Source: a virus
Reading direction: 5' to 3' (one strand)
Length of the DNA stretch: 34,081 nucleotides
Virus record (IMG/VR): IMGVR_UViG_3300045988_110848
Location: 1-34,081 of that record
A program made the position numbers and the translations under genes. Within the stretch, counting starts at the first letter, position 1. The number at the start of each line of letters is the position of its first letter. Positions 14,543 to 24,556 of this stretch are shown here, piece by piece. The notes under the pieces are model-generated. The model saw only the letters and a program-made list of their open reading frames with translations, searched no databases and was not told the DNA's origin.

Positions 14543-14863
14543 ATGTTTCTAATAAATGGTATGAAAGCAACATTAAGGCAATTTAATCGTGATAAAAATG
14601 ATGAAGTGTTTGATGATACTAATTATAAAGAAATCACAATTAAATGTTGCCCCTATGATTGCGAAGGTGCTATAAGGTTCGGTATTTATACAGTACCTGA
14701 GGCTACTGGCTATTATCAAGTTGGAAGACTTGTTGATGTAAAAGTTGGAGACCAAATTATCTACTTAGGCAAGTATGCTGATAATAAAGTTCATACAGTG
14801 TTAAAGGTTCAAGATAGTTGGATATTTAATAGAGTAGAGAATAAGATTATAGTGGTTAAATAA
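14543..14863 (+). CDS. Head closure or head-tail joining protein (positional call)
   Basis: ATG 14543 right after the previous stop; the track's 5' extension overlaps the preceding gene. Confidence 0.5.
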   Translation: MFLINGMKATLRQFNRDKNDEVFDDTNYKEITIKCCPYDCEGAIRFGIYTVPEATGYYQVGRLVDVKVGDQIIYLGKYADNKVHTVLKVQDSWIFNRVENKIIVVK

Positions 14864-15213
14864 TGGCTAGAAAAGTTAAAGTAAATTGGTATCCTGGAGC
14901 AAAACAAAAGATAATGAATGCCCCAAATGTGATAACATATGCCATAGCCAGACAAACTCTCGATAGAACATTACCATATATTCCTAAAGATACAGGAAGA
15001 ATGAGAAAGACTTCTATGGCTGCAGGAGTAAGAGGAACAGCAGGACATTATTATATTGGCTCGTACACCAAATATGCTAAATATGTGTGGGTTATGCCAA
15101 ATAGTACGAATTGGTCTGAACCAGGAACTTTTGGTAGATGGTATGCGAGAATATGGAAAAGGCAGGGAAAAAATATTACTGCTAGTTGTGTAGAAAGGAA
15201 TAAACTTCAATGA
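14863..15213 (+). CDS. Head-tail joining / minor capsid-like protein (positional call)
   Basis: Coupled start; gene order. Confidence 0.5.
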   Translation: MARKVKVNWYPGAKQKIMNAPNVITYAIARQTLDRTLPYIPKDTGRMRKTSMAAGVRGTAGHYYIGSYTKYAKYVWVMPNSTNWSEPGTFGRWYARIWKRQGKNITASCVERNKLQ

Positions 15214-15659
15214 CACAAGAATTATTAAAAAAGAAGCAATTAGTCTTAATTAAATATCTTCAAAATTTAGTAAGTAATTATACTACTGATAAATGGAAAA
15301 TAAAGGCTGAATATTCAACAAATGATAACGATAGTAGAGTAATAGTAGTACAAGAACAAGATGGCCAAAGACAAGTATTTTATGGCGATATACTACCTTT
15401 ATATAATTACTATATGGTTGATATATATGGTCTTACAATTCAAGAATGTAAAGAGTTATCTTTATTGCTTGGAAATCTAATAGGAAAATCAGAAAGAATA
15501 GAAGTTGAAAATAAAGAAACTAATAAATTGGAAAGGTGGCAAATTATATTTAGTCAATATGTTAATCCACAAGCAATAGAGTATATGGATATCAGAAGAG
15601 TTGGATATAATTCAACCTTACAATGTATAGTTAATAAAATTTACGAAAAAGATTTATAG
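15210..15659 (+). CDS. Tail completion protein (positional call)
   Basis: ATGA overlap; gene order. Confidence 0.5.
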   Translation: MTQELLKKKQLVLIKYLQNLVSNYTTDKWKIKAEYSTNDNDSRVIVVQEQDGQRQVFYGDILPLYNYYMVDIYGLTIQECKELSLLLGNLIGKSERIEVENKETNKLERWQIIFSQYVNPQAIEYMDIRRVGYNSTLQCIVNKIYEKDL

Positions 15660-15676
15660 AAAGGAAGTGTAAATTT

Positions 15677-16147
15677 ATGGAATTCTATGTAAATAATAGA
15701 GAGGTCATTAAAAATTTAAGTTTAAATACTGGTACAAGTGCAGTACCTGCATTTACTGCTATGTGTACTACTACTGAGGTTGGTTTAACCACTGACTTCG
15801 AGCAGCAAGATTGGTATGTATTCTGTGATGCTATTCAAAGAAGCATAATCACAGGTGCAGCATTATCAATTGAAACTACTGTTAAAATTGACATGAATAA
15901 TACTGCTATTCAAGGAATATTAGGAAATATTCATACATTACTCAAAGATGGTACAGTAGCACAATTCAATAACCAATTAGTTCAATTTGAACTTTTAACT
16001 GGTGTTGAAGAAGGAGCATTAACTTATACTAAGTATAAAGTACCTTGTACTTTGAACTTTAGTGATTTAGGTGGTGCTGCCGAAGATAGTGGCGAGTTTG
16101 CTTTAACTATTGTTATAGTTGGAAAAGGCACAGTTGTAGAAGGATAA
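15677..16147 (+). CDS. Major tail protein
   Basis: Lies directly upstream of the tape measure gene and is followed by a terminator. Confidence 0.6.
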   Translation: MEFYVNNREVIKNLSLNTGTSAVPAFTAMCTTTEVGLTTDFEQQDWYVFCDAIQRSIITGAALSIETTVKIDMNNTAIQGILGNIHTLLKDGTVAQFNNQLVQFELLTGVEEGALTYTKYKVPCTLNFSDLGGAAEDSGEFALTIVIVGKGTVVEG

Positions 16148-16153
16148 ACCTAT

Positions 16154-16186
16154 AAGGGTTGGGTTAAAAGCCCAGCCCTTTATTTT
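16154..16186 (+). terminator. Intrinsic terminator/attenuator after the major tail gene
   Basis: AAGGGTTGGG / CCCAGCCCTT stem of 10 bp (one G.U), 7-nt loop, then TATTTTAT. Confidence 0.7.
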
Positions 16187-16206
16187 ATATAAAAGGAGGT
16201 GGAACA

Positions 16207-18426
16207 ATGAAAGGTGGAAATGTAATATTCGATTTCACTGCTGACACAAAAGATGTAGAAAAAAAAGTTTTGGGAATGTCTGATATAGTAAAAGGCAGCC
16301 TCATCTCAAAGGCTATAGCCAAAGGAATTGGAGTTATTAATGATAGCCTAGATGGTGCTATATCGAGAGTAGATATATTAAACAATTTTCCTAATGTTAT
16401 GGGTAATTTAGGTATAGGAGCGGAAGAAAGTTCTGAAGCCATAGGAATGCTTAGCAAAAGTTTAACCGGCTTACCTACGACATTGGATAGTGCCGCAAGT
16501 GCAGTACAGAGATTTACTTCTAAAAATGGCGATGTAAAAAAATCGGCAAAGATGTTTATAGCAGTAAACAACGCCATATTAGCAGGCGGTGCAGGTACTG
16601 AAGCACAAGCAAGTGCTTTAGAGCAATTATCACAATCTTACTCTAAAGGCGTTATGGATATGGTAGAGTGGAGAAGTCTACAACAAGCTATGCCGGCACA
16701 ATTAAAACAAGTCGCCACTGCGATGGGAATGACTACTGATGAATTAGGAGAGTTATTAAGAACAACTGATACTGCTCCTGCTACATTTGATACATTTATA
16801 GATACTATAATGCAATTAAATGAGCAAGGATTAAATGGCTTTTCTTCGTTTGAAGAACAAGCAAGAGCATCAACAGGTGGTATCGCAACATCTATAACTA
16901 ACCTAAAAACTGCAGTAACAAGAGGAGTGTCAAATGTAATTAATTCAATAAATCAAATGCTAGAGGATAATGGCTTGCCTAATTTCAGTGAAATCGTTCA
17001 AATTGTTTCTTCCAAAATTAGTGATGCGTTTTCAAAGATATCAACATTTATATCTAATATAGATTTATCGAAAGTTATTAATGGTTTCAATAAATTCAAA
17101 GATATTATCATTACTTTAAGTCCATTAATATTAGCCTTGGTTGCTGGAATTAAAACTTATAATGCTGTTATGAAAATAACTACTGCAGTTACAAAAGCAC
17201 TTCAAGTGGCACAACTTTTATTAAATGCTGCAATGAATTTAAATCCGGTTGGTTTAGTAATTGCAGGTATTGTGGCTCTTGTCGCTGGATTTACTCTTTT
17301 ATGGAAAAAATCAGAAAAATTTAGAAATTTCTGGATAGGACTATGGAATGGGTTAAAAAATATAGTTAATTCGGTAGTAGGTTTCATTAAAAAGAATTGG
17401 AAATCATTACTTTTAATACTAGTTAATCCATTTGTCGGAGCATTTAAATTGCTATATGATAATTGTGAGGGCTTTAGAAATTTTATTAATAATTTCGTTA
17501 AAGCGATAAAAGATTTCTTTGTTAATGCTTGGAATGGAATTAAAAATTTCTTTACAGAAACAATTCCTAGTTTTGTTCAGAGTATTATAGGGTGGCTTCA
17601 AGATTTACCATATAAAATTGGTTATCTATTAGGACAAATTATAGGGCATATCATATTGTTCTTTCAAAATGCATGGAAATTCATAACTGAAGATTTACCT
17701 CAAATGATAGTTGCTGCGATTAATTGGGTTGCTTCATTACCAGGCAAGATATGGGAATGGTTGCAACAAGTATGGCAAAAGGTTATAGATTTAGGAACTT
17801 CTATATGGAATTGGATAACTACCGATTTACCGCAGATAATAAATAATATCGTTAATTGGTTTGCTGAATTGCCTGGAAAAATATGGGCATGGTTAAAAGA
17901 AACTACAGTTAAGATAGGAAATTGGCTTATTGAGGCAAAAGATAAAGCATGGGAAGGTGCTAAAGAAATATTCAATTCGATAGTAGATTGGTTCAAAAAA
18001 CTGCCTGAAAATTTAAAAGAAATTGGTAAAAATTTAGTTGAAGGACTTTGGAATGGTATTAAAAATGCTAAGGATTGGGTATTAAAAAAGATAAAAGAAT
18101 TTGGTAAAGGTATAACTGATGGTATTAAAGATGTTCTAGGAATACACAGCCCATCAAAAGTAATGTTTGAAATTGGTGGTTATATGGATAAAGGCCTTAT
18201 AAATGGTATTGAAAGTATGAGTGGAGAACTTCAAACTGCTTATGATGGTATGTTTGATTTATCTCCTAGCCTATATGGAAGTTCAAGTACTAATTTAAGT
18301 CCACAGGTTAATGTAGTAGTAAATAATAATATGGAACAAGACCCATTAGGACAAATGGTTAATAACATTAAAACATTCAGTGGTGGTTCTAAAAATGACT
18401 ATAATTATGGAATGGGAGGAGCATAA
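16207..18426 (+). CDS. Tape measure protein
   Basis: 739 aa. Central hydrophobic segment, periodic W/F repeats, C-terminal GIHSPSK motif. Confidence 0.85.
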   Translation: MKGGNVIFDFTADTKDVEKKVLGMSDIVKGSLISKAIAKGIGVINDSLDGAISRVDILNNFPNVMGNLGIGAEESSEAIGMLSKSLTGLPTTLDSAASAVQRFTSKNGDVKKSAKMFIAVNNAILAGGAGTEAQASALEQLSQSYSKGVMDMVEWRSLQQAMPAQLKQVATAMGMTTDELGELLRTTDTAPATFDTFIDTIMQLNEQGLNGFSSFEEQARASTGGIATSITNLKTAVTRGVSNVINSINQMLEDNGLPNFSEIVQIVSSKISDAFSKISTFISNIDLSKVINGFNKFKDIIITLSPLILALVAGIKTYNAVMKITTAVTKALQVAQLLLNAAMNLNPVGLVIAGIVALVAGFTLLWKKSEKFRNFWIGLWNGLKNIVNSVVGFIKKNWKSLLLILVNPFVGAFKLLYDNCEGFRNFINNFVKAIKDFFVNAWNGIKNFFTETIPSFVQSIIGWLQDLPYKIGYLLGQIIGHIILFFQNAWKFITEDLPQMIVAAINWVASLPGKIWEWLQQVWQKVIDLGTSIWNWITTDLPQIINNIVNWFAELPGKIWAWLKETTVKIGNWLIEAKDKAWEGAKEIFNSIVDWFKKLPENLKEIGKNLVEGLWNGIKNAKDWVLKKIKEFGKGITDGIKDVLGIHSPSKVMFEIGGYMDKGLINGIESMSGELQTAYDGMFDLSPSLYGSSSTNLSPQVNVVVNNNMEQDPLGQMVNNIKTFSGGSKNDYNYGMGGA
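17692..17955 (+). repeat. Tandem 132-nt (44-aa) repeat inside the tape measure gene
   Basis: DLPQMIVAAINWVASLPGKIWEWL... versus DLPQIINNIVNWFAELPGKIWAWL... Confidence 0.7.
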
Positions 18427-18427
18427 T

Positions 18428-19918
18428 ATGAGTAGATTAAAAATGTTAATAAACAATGAAGAAGTAGTTTGCAACAAAGAGTTTACAATAACAGAGGAAA
18501 TGCTTACTACTTCCTCTACCATTCTTAATAATTGCTATCCAAAAAGTTGGGAAAACGATAAAAATTATGTTTCAAGATTTTATTATCCTAAAGATTATTC
18601 TAAATGTAAGATATATAAAGATGATGTACTTGTCTTTTGTGGAATAGTAAAAAACTCAGGGAACATAAGTCTTAACCCTAGATATCCTCACTTTTGTAGT
18701 TTACAAATATTAGATTTCAAGACTTTACTTAGTGAGGGCGAGACTTTGGACTTTGTTATAAGTAATAAGACTATATCCGAAGCAATAGAGATGGTAATAG
18801 ATGCCATTAAAGACTATGGTTTTATATTAGGCAACATTAATATATTTGGTGCTGAAGATATAATTGGCGCTTATTCGACACAGAATAAGACTGCTTATGA
18901 TGTCTTTCAATATTTAGCAGATATAACAGGCTCTAAATGGTTTACAAGGCTTGTCGATGAAGATAAGGTTGCTATTGACTTCTATGACCCTACATTAATG
19001 ACAAGAGGAAAGAATATTGAATATAATGTTACTTGGTTTGAAGAAAATAATATAAATGACATATCTTTCAATTATGGAAGCAGAGATTATAGAAATAAAC
19101 AAATTATGCAATCTGATGAAGTTTATGCTAGCATAGATTATACCGAAACATTAATAGCAAATGGATATGATACTAATTTCTTGACTACTTCTAATATAGG
19201 TAATGTAAGAAGTATAAGTGTTAATGGTGTATCTAAGACTTTTGCTACCAAATCAGATAAAGAAATAGGAATAGATGCAGATTTCTATTATACACCAGGA
19301 AAAAATCAAATAGAAAGTGAAGCGAGTTATTCGGCTGGTACTCAAATACAAGTAGTATATCAACCTCTTGTAAAAGGTAGACAAATAGTGTATAATAATG
19401 ATGAAGTAGACAGAGTAGCAAATCAAATAGGAAGAAAAGGCGTTATAGCAAGATATGAGAATAGAAACGATGTTCTTTCAAGTGCAGAACTTGATAAAGT
19501 AGGGCAATCATATATTAAATACAAAGGTAGTGCAGAAGTTAATTTAAAAGTAGTAACTGATGATAAAGACATATATAACATAGGCCAAATAGTACACTTT
19601 GAAGCACCAATAGAAGACTTAACACAAGACTATATGGTAAAAAGAAAAGAAATAAAGGTAATAAATACAACAGACCAAGAAAAGATATTCTATACTTACG
19701 AATTATCAAGTTCGTTTAATAGTGAAAGAGCAATAAATTGGTTTGATAATCAAAGAAATAAAGCAAGTGGAAATATTCAAGAGGGAGAAAGTATAACAAG
19801 AAATGTTGATATAGAGAATTCAGCAAATATCATATATAATAATTTAACTGTTAGTGAAATCACAGTTATTGGAGATAATATCTTAAATTGTACATTAAAT
19901 GCACCATTTATAAGTTAG
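18428..19918 (+). CDS. Distal tail protein (Dit-like) with an extended C-terminal part
   Basis: GGGAGGAG SD before ATG 18428; lies directly after the tape measure gene. Confidence 0.6.
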   Translation: MSRLKMLINNEEVVCNKEFTITEEMLTTSSTILNNCYPKSWENDKNYVSRFYYPKDYSKCKIYKDDVLVFCGIVKNSGNISLNPRYPHFCSLQILDFKTLLSEGETLDFVISNKTISEAIEMVIDAIKDYGFILGNINIFGAEDIIGAYSTQNKTAYDVFQYLADITGSKWFTRLVDEDKVAIDFYDPTLMTRGKNIEYNVTWFEENNINDISFNYGSRDYRNKQIMQSDEVYASIDYTETLIANGYDTNFLTTSNIGNVRSISVNGVSKTFATKSDKEIGIDADFYYTPGKNQIESEASYSAGTQIQVVYQPLVKGRQIVYNNDEVDRVANQIGRKGVIARYENRNDVLSSAELDKVGQSYIKYKGSAEVNLKVVTDDKDIYNIGQIVHFEAPIEDLTQDYMVKRKEIKVINTTDQEKIFYTYELSSSFNSERAINWFDNQRNKASGNIQEGESITRNVDIENSANIIYNNLTVSEITVIGDNILNCTLNAPFIS

Positions 19919-19927
19919 GAGGTAAAT

Positions 19928-21841
19928 ATGACAGATGATTATAAAAAGAACATATTAGCATATTTATGTGGAAAAACAGAAAAACAAACAGGCTCCAACA
20001 TTCCTCAATTCACAAATACTAAAGTCGAAGTAAACGACTTATATACGAATATAGCAAATGTAGTAGGAGAATATTTTTCAACTATAGGTGAAACTATTAT
20101 TCGTGCAGTAGGATATGAACAAGCATATAAAAGTAATTTAACCATCTTTTATGGATATTCACAGAATAATAGACATCCTAATATGTATGGTTGGTTAGCA
20201 TTAGTTGATGATAATAGTAATTTAATTCAAATTATAGATACTTATTCAAGTGGAGTAGTGATAGGTCGAATTGATGATTTAGGAATAGCAGAAGATGGAA
20301 GTATTTATCTTATAGAAAGAAGATATGATAATTCTAATATACTGAGAATAGTAACATTAAATAATATAGCAATAAAATCTCCAACTAGTGAAAATTATAT
20401 TGCTAAAATAAAAAAGACATATCAAATAGCAAATAGAAGTGTTGCAGGTGATAATTACTTCTATCAAATAATAAAGAAACATCCAACAAAAAACTCGTTT
20501 TGTTGTGGTGGCTATAATTATAATGGTGATGAGCCAGTCAATACAGTATTAGAACTAGTCGACCAAGGAACAGGAGAGCCTCAATTAACTCACTTTAATG
20601 CCACCATAAATATTAATATTAAAGACTTATGGAATAGTTGGGATAACGAAGATTATTTATATTTCAAGATGACAGGATTGGATTATTCTAATTATAATGA
20701 AACTTACATATTAACTAGAAGTGCTGATACTATTTCTTCAACAAATATAAATGTACCATTTATAACAAATGAAGGTTTCATACCAAGTGCTAATATGAAG
20801 ATATTAGATAGCAACAATATTTATTATTGCGGTTTCGAAATTAGTGAAACTGAGAATAAAAGAGTTTATGTTATCTATAAATTAAATGGAAATATTTATG
20901 AAAATATTTATTCACAAGATGAAGATTATAAAGAATATGACAGAAATGAAGCAACTTATTCTAATTTAATCATAAATGATGGTGAATTATATTATAATGC
21001 AAGTATTTATGTAGCAAATATCAGTAATTATAAAGTTCAATATGGAAGAATAGTTGATAAAAAAGTTTATTTAAATGAAGTTTACTTTTCTACATCTAAT
21101 TTAATTTATGCTATCAATTCATTGATTATAGTAAAGACATTTAATCTGTATAAATATATCTTTCAGTCGAAAGATACTTCTGTATCTAGTTTACAAATAT
21201 ACAATTTAAATAATTATAATGGTTTAGAATATTCAGATATAAATAGTATGGTTCCTAATCAGGGCATCTTATATGATAGCCAAAACGAACCTATATTTGC
21301 AAGAAACTTATATAATAAGACAATAACAGGAAGAACCACACAAAGTACTATAGAAGTACCAAATAACTATTTAAATGATAAAATTATAGCAAAAGAAAAC
21401 TTATTGAGTGAAACTAATTCAATACTAATAAGCAATAATCAGACAATAACAAAAAATATATACGAAACATTAAATATAAACTTCATAAATACTGTGCAAA
21501 TAAAGAATGATAATGAGATGACTAACCCTATGCTTAACCCGATAGGAGCAAGCAGATTAAATAATAGTATATCAGAAACAACCGATTATGATAACACTAA
21601 AGCATTAAAAGTAAAAATTAATTTTGCTGATAATACTAATTATATAATTCAATTAAAAGAAAATCAAGTTGACAAAATTAACGATACAAGTTATATGTAT
21701 GACTTTGATATTTATGTATCAAAGGATATAACAAATATTCAAATAATAAGCAACGATGAAACAACAATTTATCAGACTATAACTTCAACATTTGAAGTAG
21801 GTAAATTCTATAATATCACTCAAATGGTTGAGATAGTATAA
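19928..21841 (+). CDS. Large tail-tip or baseplate protein of unknown family
   Basis: 637-aa ORF, TAGGAGG SD, positioned after Dit. I recognise no motif. Confidence 0.55.
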   Translation: MTDDYKKNILAYLCGKTEKQTGSNIPQFTNTKVEVNDLYTNIANVVGEYFSTIGETIIRAVGYEQAYKSNLTIFYGYSQNNRHPNMYGWLALVDDNSNLIQIIDTYSSGVVIGRIDDLGIAEDGSIYLIERRYDNSNILRIVTLNNIAIKSPTSENYIAKIKKTYQIANRSVAGDNYFYQIIKKHPTKNSFCCGGYNYNGDEPVNTVLELVDQGTGEPQLTHFNATININIKDLWNSWDNEDYLYFKMTGLDYSNYNETYILTRSADTISSTNINVPFITNEGFIPSANMKILDSNNIYYCGFEISETENKRVYVIYKLNGNIYENIYSQDEDYKEYDRNEATYSNLIINDGELYYNASIYVANISNYKVQYGRIVDKKVYLNEVYFSTSNLIYAINSLIIVKTFNLYKYIFQSKDTSVSSLQIYNLNNYNGLEYSDINSMVPNQGILYDSQNEPIFARNLYNKTITGRTTQSTIEVPNNYLNDKIIAKENLLSETNSILISNNQTITKNIYETLNINFINTVQIKNDNEMTNPMLNPIGASRLNNSISETTDYDNTKALKVKINFADNTNYIIQLKENQVDKINDTSYMYDFDIYVSKDITNIQIISNDETTIYQTITSTFEVGKFYNITQMVEIV

Positions 21842-21855
21842 AGGAGGAAGATAAA

Positions 21856-21936
21856 ATGAAAAAAATAAACTATAAGTTAATGATGAAGGGGGGGGGTTAT
21901 TATTTAATTAATACCTCACAGGGAGGTAACTTATGA
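21856..21936 (+). CDS. 26-codon leader ORF that contains a G9 tract
   Basis: AAGGAGG SD 8 nt upstream. Its TGA overlaps ATG 21933 of the first fibre gene. Confidence 0.35.
   Translation: MKKINYKLMMKGGGYYLINTSQGGNL
21888..21896. repeat. G9 homopolymer
   Basis: Counted directly; it is the longest G/C run I saw in the window. Confidence 0.9.
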
Positions 21937-22487
21937 TAACATATGAAGATAAAGTAGCATTAAATGAAAATGCAGAAATTGCCGACATAAATAAGGTAAC
22001 TGCTGGTGATATGAACCAAATAAAACAAGTAGTAAATGGACAAAAACAAGAAATAGATACAAATAGTTTAAATATAGGAACATTATCTAGTTTAAATACT
22101 ATCGATAAAAGTAGTATAGTAAATGCTATAAATGAAGTAAATATGATATTAGGAACTATAATAGAAAGTGGAAGTGATGAGAATGGAAGTTGGGTAAAAT
22201 ATAGTGATGGAACTATGATATGTTATAAAAATAAAAGTTTCGGTGATATCTATATAGGTAGTGTATGGGGAAGTATGTATGAAAGTGCTAAGTTAGAAAT
22301 TGGTGATTTCCCTCAACCTTTTGTCGGAAATTTTCCTAGTATATTTATAATGCCTTTGGGTGCATATCTAATAGAAAGAAACCAGAGTTTTAGTTTAACT
22401 TCATTTGGCTCATTTTGGGTAGTTAGACCAGACCAAGCAACTAGAAATGTACAAGTATCTTGTTTTGCTATAGGCAAATGGAAATGA
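21933..22487 (+). CDS. Tail fibre / receptor-binding protein, paralog 1
   Basis: Its N-terminus ITYEDKVALNENAEIAD...IGTLSSLNT...VNAINEVN is shared with 22511-23092. Confidence 0.65.
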   Translation: MITYEDKVALNENAEIADINKVTAGDMNQIKQVVNGQKQEIDTNSLNIGTLSSLNTIDKSSIVNAINEVNMILGTIIESGSDENGSWVKYSDGTMICYKNKSFGDIYIGSVWGSMYESAKLEIGDFPQPFVGNFPSIFIMPLGAYLIERNQSFSLTSFGSFWVVRPDQATRNVQVSCFAIGKWK

Positions 22488-22510
22488 TATCATAAGTGAG
22501 AAATTAAATA

Positions 22511-23092
22511 ATGAAAAATATGGCAAAAATAACATATGAAAATAAGGTAGCATTAAATGTTAATTCTGATATAGCAGATACAAATAAATGTAATGCTAGT
22601 GATTTAAATGAAATAAAAAATGTAGTTAATACAAATGATGATAATACAACAACAAATACAAATGATATAGCAAATAATGCAACGAACATAGGAACATTAT
22701 CAAGTTTGAATACTACTAATAAAAGCAATTTAGTAAATGCAATAAATGAAGTAAATAATAAGTTTAATTACTCTACTAGTGAAAAAGTTATAGGCAAGTG
22801 GATAGATGAGAAACCCATTTATTCGAAGATTGTAACTTTTGAAGTTGATAATAATAGTGATAAATTTATCAATTACAACATTGAAAATGTTGAGAACATT
22901 TGGATAGATGAAAGTGCTTCATATATAATGAGCGACTCAGAGACATTACCAACCAATTGGTACTATTCGGCTTCGGATTGGTGTAGAACTTGGGCTAACA
23001 AAAATAGCGGAGAAATTAGATTTAGGTCTCCAAGTACACTTGGAGCAAGAATTTGTTATGTTTGCTTAAAATATACAAAAACAACAGATTAA
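22511..23092 (+). CDS. Tail fibre / receptor-binding protein, paralog 2
   Basis: Same N-terminal module, unrelated C-terminal half. Confidence 0.65.
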   Translation: MKNMAKITYENKVALNVNSDIADTNKCNASDLNEIKNVVNTNDDNTTTNTNDIANNATNIGTLSSLNTTNKSNLVNAINEVNNKFNYSTSEKVIGKWIDEKPIYSKIVTFEVDNNSDKFINYNIENVENIWIDESASYIMSDSETLPTNWYYSASDWCRTWANKNSGEIRFRSPSTLGARICYVCLKYTKTTD

Positions 23093-23105
23093 AAAGGAGG
23101 AAAAT

Positions 23106-23312
23106 ATGAACGACACTATAATAGTAGCACTAATATCGTTTCTGGGTACTTGTATAGGTTCTTTTGCTGGTATGAATTTAATCAAGTATAGAATTACTCA
23201 ATTAGAAAAAAAGGTTGAGAAACATAATACTGTAATAGAAAGAACATATCGCTTAGAATATGATGTTAAGTATATAAATGAAGAAATTAGAGAATTGAAA
23301 GAGAGGTGTTAA
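23106..23312 (+). CDS. Small membrane protein of the lysis cassette (one N-terminal TM segment plus coiled coil)
   Basis: IIVALISFLGTCIGSFAGMNLI TM segment; AAGGAGG SD. Confidence 0.55.
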   Translation: MNDTIIVALISFLGTCIGSFAGMNLIKYRITQLEKKVEKHNTVIERTYRLEYDVKYINEEIRELKERC

Positions 23313-23314
23313 GA

Positions 23315-23566
23315 ATGGAATTAAGTACATTAATAAGTTTAGTAACTATCATAGTAACTTGGATATTAGGTGTGATATCAAAGAAACACACTAAATTAAA
23401 TAATAAATTAATACCAATGCAGAATATTGCAGTTGGATTGATAGTTGCTATTATCGAGTGGATAGTAACTAAAGATTTCAAAGTTGCTATTGCTTTAAGT
23501 GGAATAATTGCAGGCGGAACATATGACATATTCCATAATTTAGAGAAATTAATAAAAGGAGAGTAG
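23315..23566 (+). CDS. Holin
   Basis: GAGAGG SD before ATG 23315. Multiple TM segments. Lies directly upstream of the endolysin. Confidence 0.7.
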   Translation: MELSTLISLVTIIVTWILGVISKKHTKLNNKLIPMQNIAVGLIVAIIEWIVTKDFKVAIALSGIIAGGTYDIFHNLEKLIKGE

Positions 23567-23571
23567 ATAAT

Positions 23572-24480
23572 ATGGTAAATATAATAAAAAAAATAGTACC
23601 AGAAAGCAAATGGGGTATAAAGTGTCCTTATGAAATGACACCAACTAGAATAGTAGTTCATAATACTGCTAATGATGCAAGTGCAAGAAATGAAATAGCA
23701 TATATGACAAATAATGACTATGAAACATCTTTTCATTATGCTGTTGATGACAAAGAAATAGTACAAGGAATTGAAGAAAATAGGAATGGCTGGCACGCTT
23801 CGGATGGAAATGGAAAAGGAAATAGAGAGGGTATAGCAATAGAAATATGTTATTCAAAATCTGGCGGAGATAGATTTATCAAAGCAGAACAAAATGCAGT
23901 AGATTTAATCGTTGACATATTAAAAAGATATGATTGGGGAATTGATAAAGTAACAAAACACCAGGATTACACTAATAAATATTGCCCTCATAGAACATTA
24001 GATATGGGCTGGAATAGGTTCTTAAATATGATAAAGGCTAAATTAGAAGATAAACCTACTTCAAACGAAGTTAATGTTTATTATAGAGTTAAAACTCAAA
24101 AACATAATTGGCTTCCAGAAGTTAAAAATCTAGAAGATTATGCAGGTTGGGAGAACAGCCCTATAACTGGACTTGCTATTAGAGTAGATAAAGGTGGCAT
24201 TAAATATAGGGTAACTACAGTAAGCGGCAAAACTTTAGGTTGGATAACTGGTTATGATATAAATGACTATATATCAGGTTGGGCTGGAAATGGAGAACCT
24301 ATAGCATTAGTAGAAGCATACTATTTCACACCAAATAATATTAGACCTTACCAATATGCTTACTACAAAGTAAATGATTATCCTTACCAAAAAGACTTAA
24401 TCAAAGGAAATGGTTTTGATGGCTTCGGTGGTGTCAAAGGAGTTCCAATGACAAAATTTCAAATTTATATTGGAAAATAA
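23572..24480 (+). CDS. Endolysin: N-acetylmuramoyl-L-alanine amidase (Amidase_2 type) plus a C-terminal binding domain
   Basis: RIVVHNTAN...FHYAVDD...GWHA...GIAIEIC...HQDYTNKYCPHR. Confidence 0.9.
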   Translation: MVNIIKKIVPESKWGIKCPYEMTPTRIVVHNTANDASARNEIAYMTNNDYETSFHYAVDDKEIVQGIEENRNGWHASDGNGKGNREGIAIEICYSKSGGDRFIKAEQNAVDLIVDILKRYDWGIDKVTKHQDYTNKYCPHRTLDMGWNRFLNMIKAKLEDKPTSNEVNVYYRVKTQKHNWLPEVKNLEDYAGWENSPITGLAIRVDKGGIKYRVTTVSGKTLGWITGYDINDYISGWAGNGEPIALVEAYYFTPNNIRPYQYAYYKVNDYPYQKDLIKGNGFDGFGGVKGVPMTKFQIYIGK

Positions 24481-24498
24481 TCAGAATTATGTTATAAT
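24470..24498 (+). promoter_or_regulatory. Promoter P4: TTGGAA-17 nt-TATAAT with an extended TG
   Basis: Shares the AATTATGYTATAAT core with P1 and P3. Confidence 0.5.
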
Positions 24499-24505
24499 TA
24501 ATTGA

Positions 24506-24547
24506 GGGGGAGTGCCGTAATCACTCCCCTAATACTTTATTACGGGA
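24506..24547 (+). promoter_or_regulatory. GC-rich hairpin (24506-24530) whose 7-nt loop CCGTAAT is complementary to ATTACGG (24539-24545), which abuts the SD
   Basis: Paired by hand. GGGAGG SD at 24544-24549. Confidence 0.5.
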
Positions 24548-24556
24548 GGTATTAAA

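Noticed and set aside
21888-21935. The idea that a change in G9 tract length fuses the leader ORF to the tail-fibre ORF
   Set aside because: The fibre reading frame has a TAA at 21927-21929, immediately upstream of ATG 21933. No tract length can therefore give an in-frame fusion, and only an effect on coupling remains plausible.
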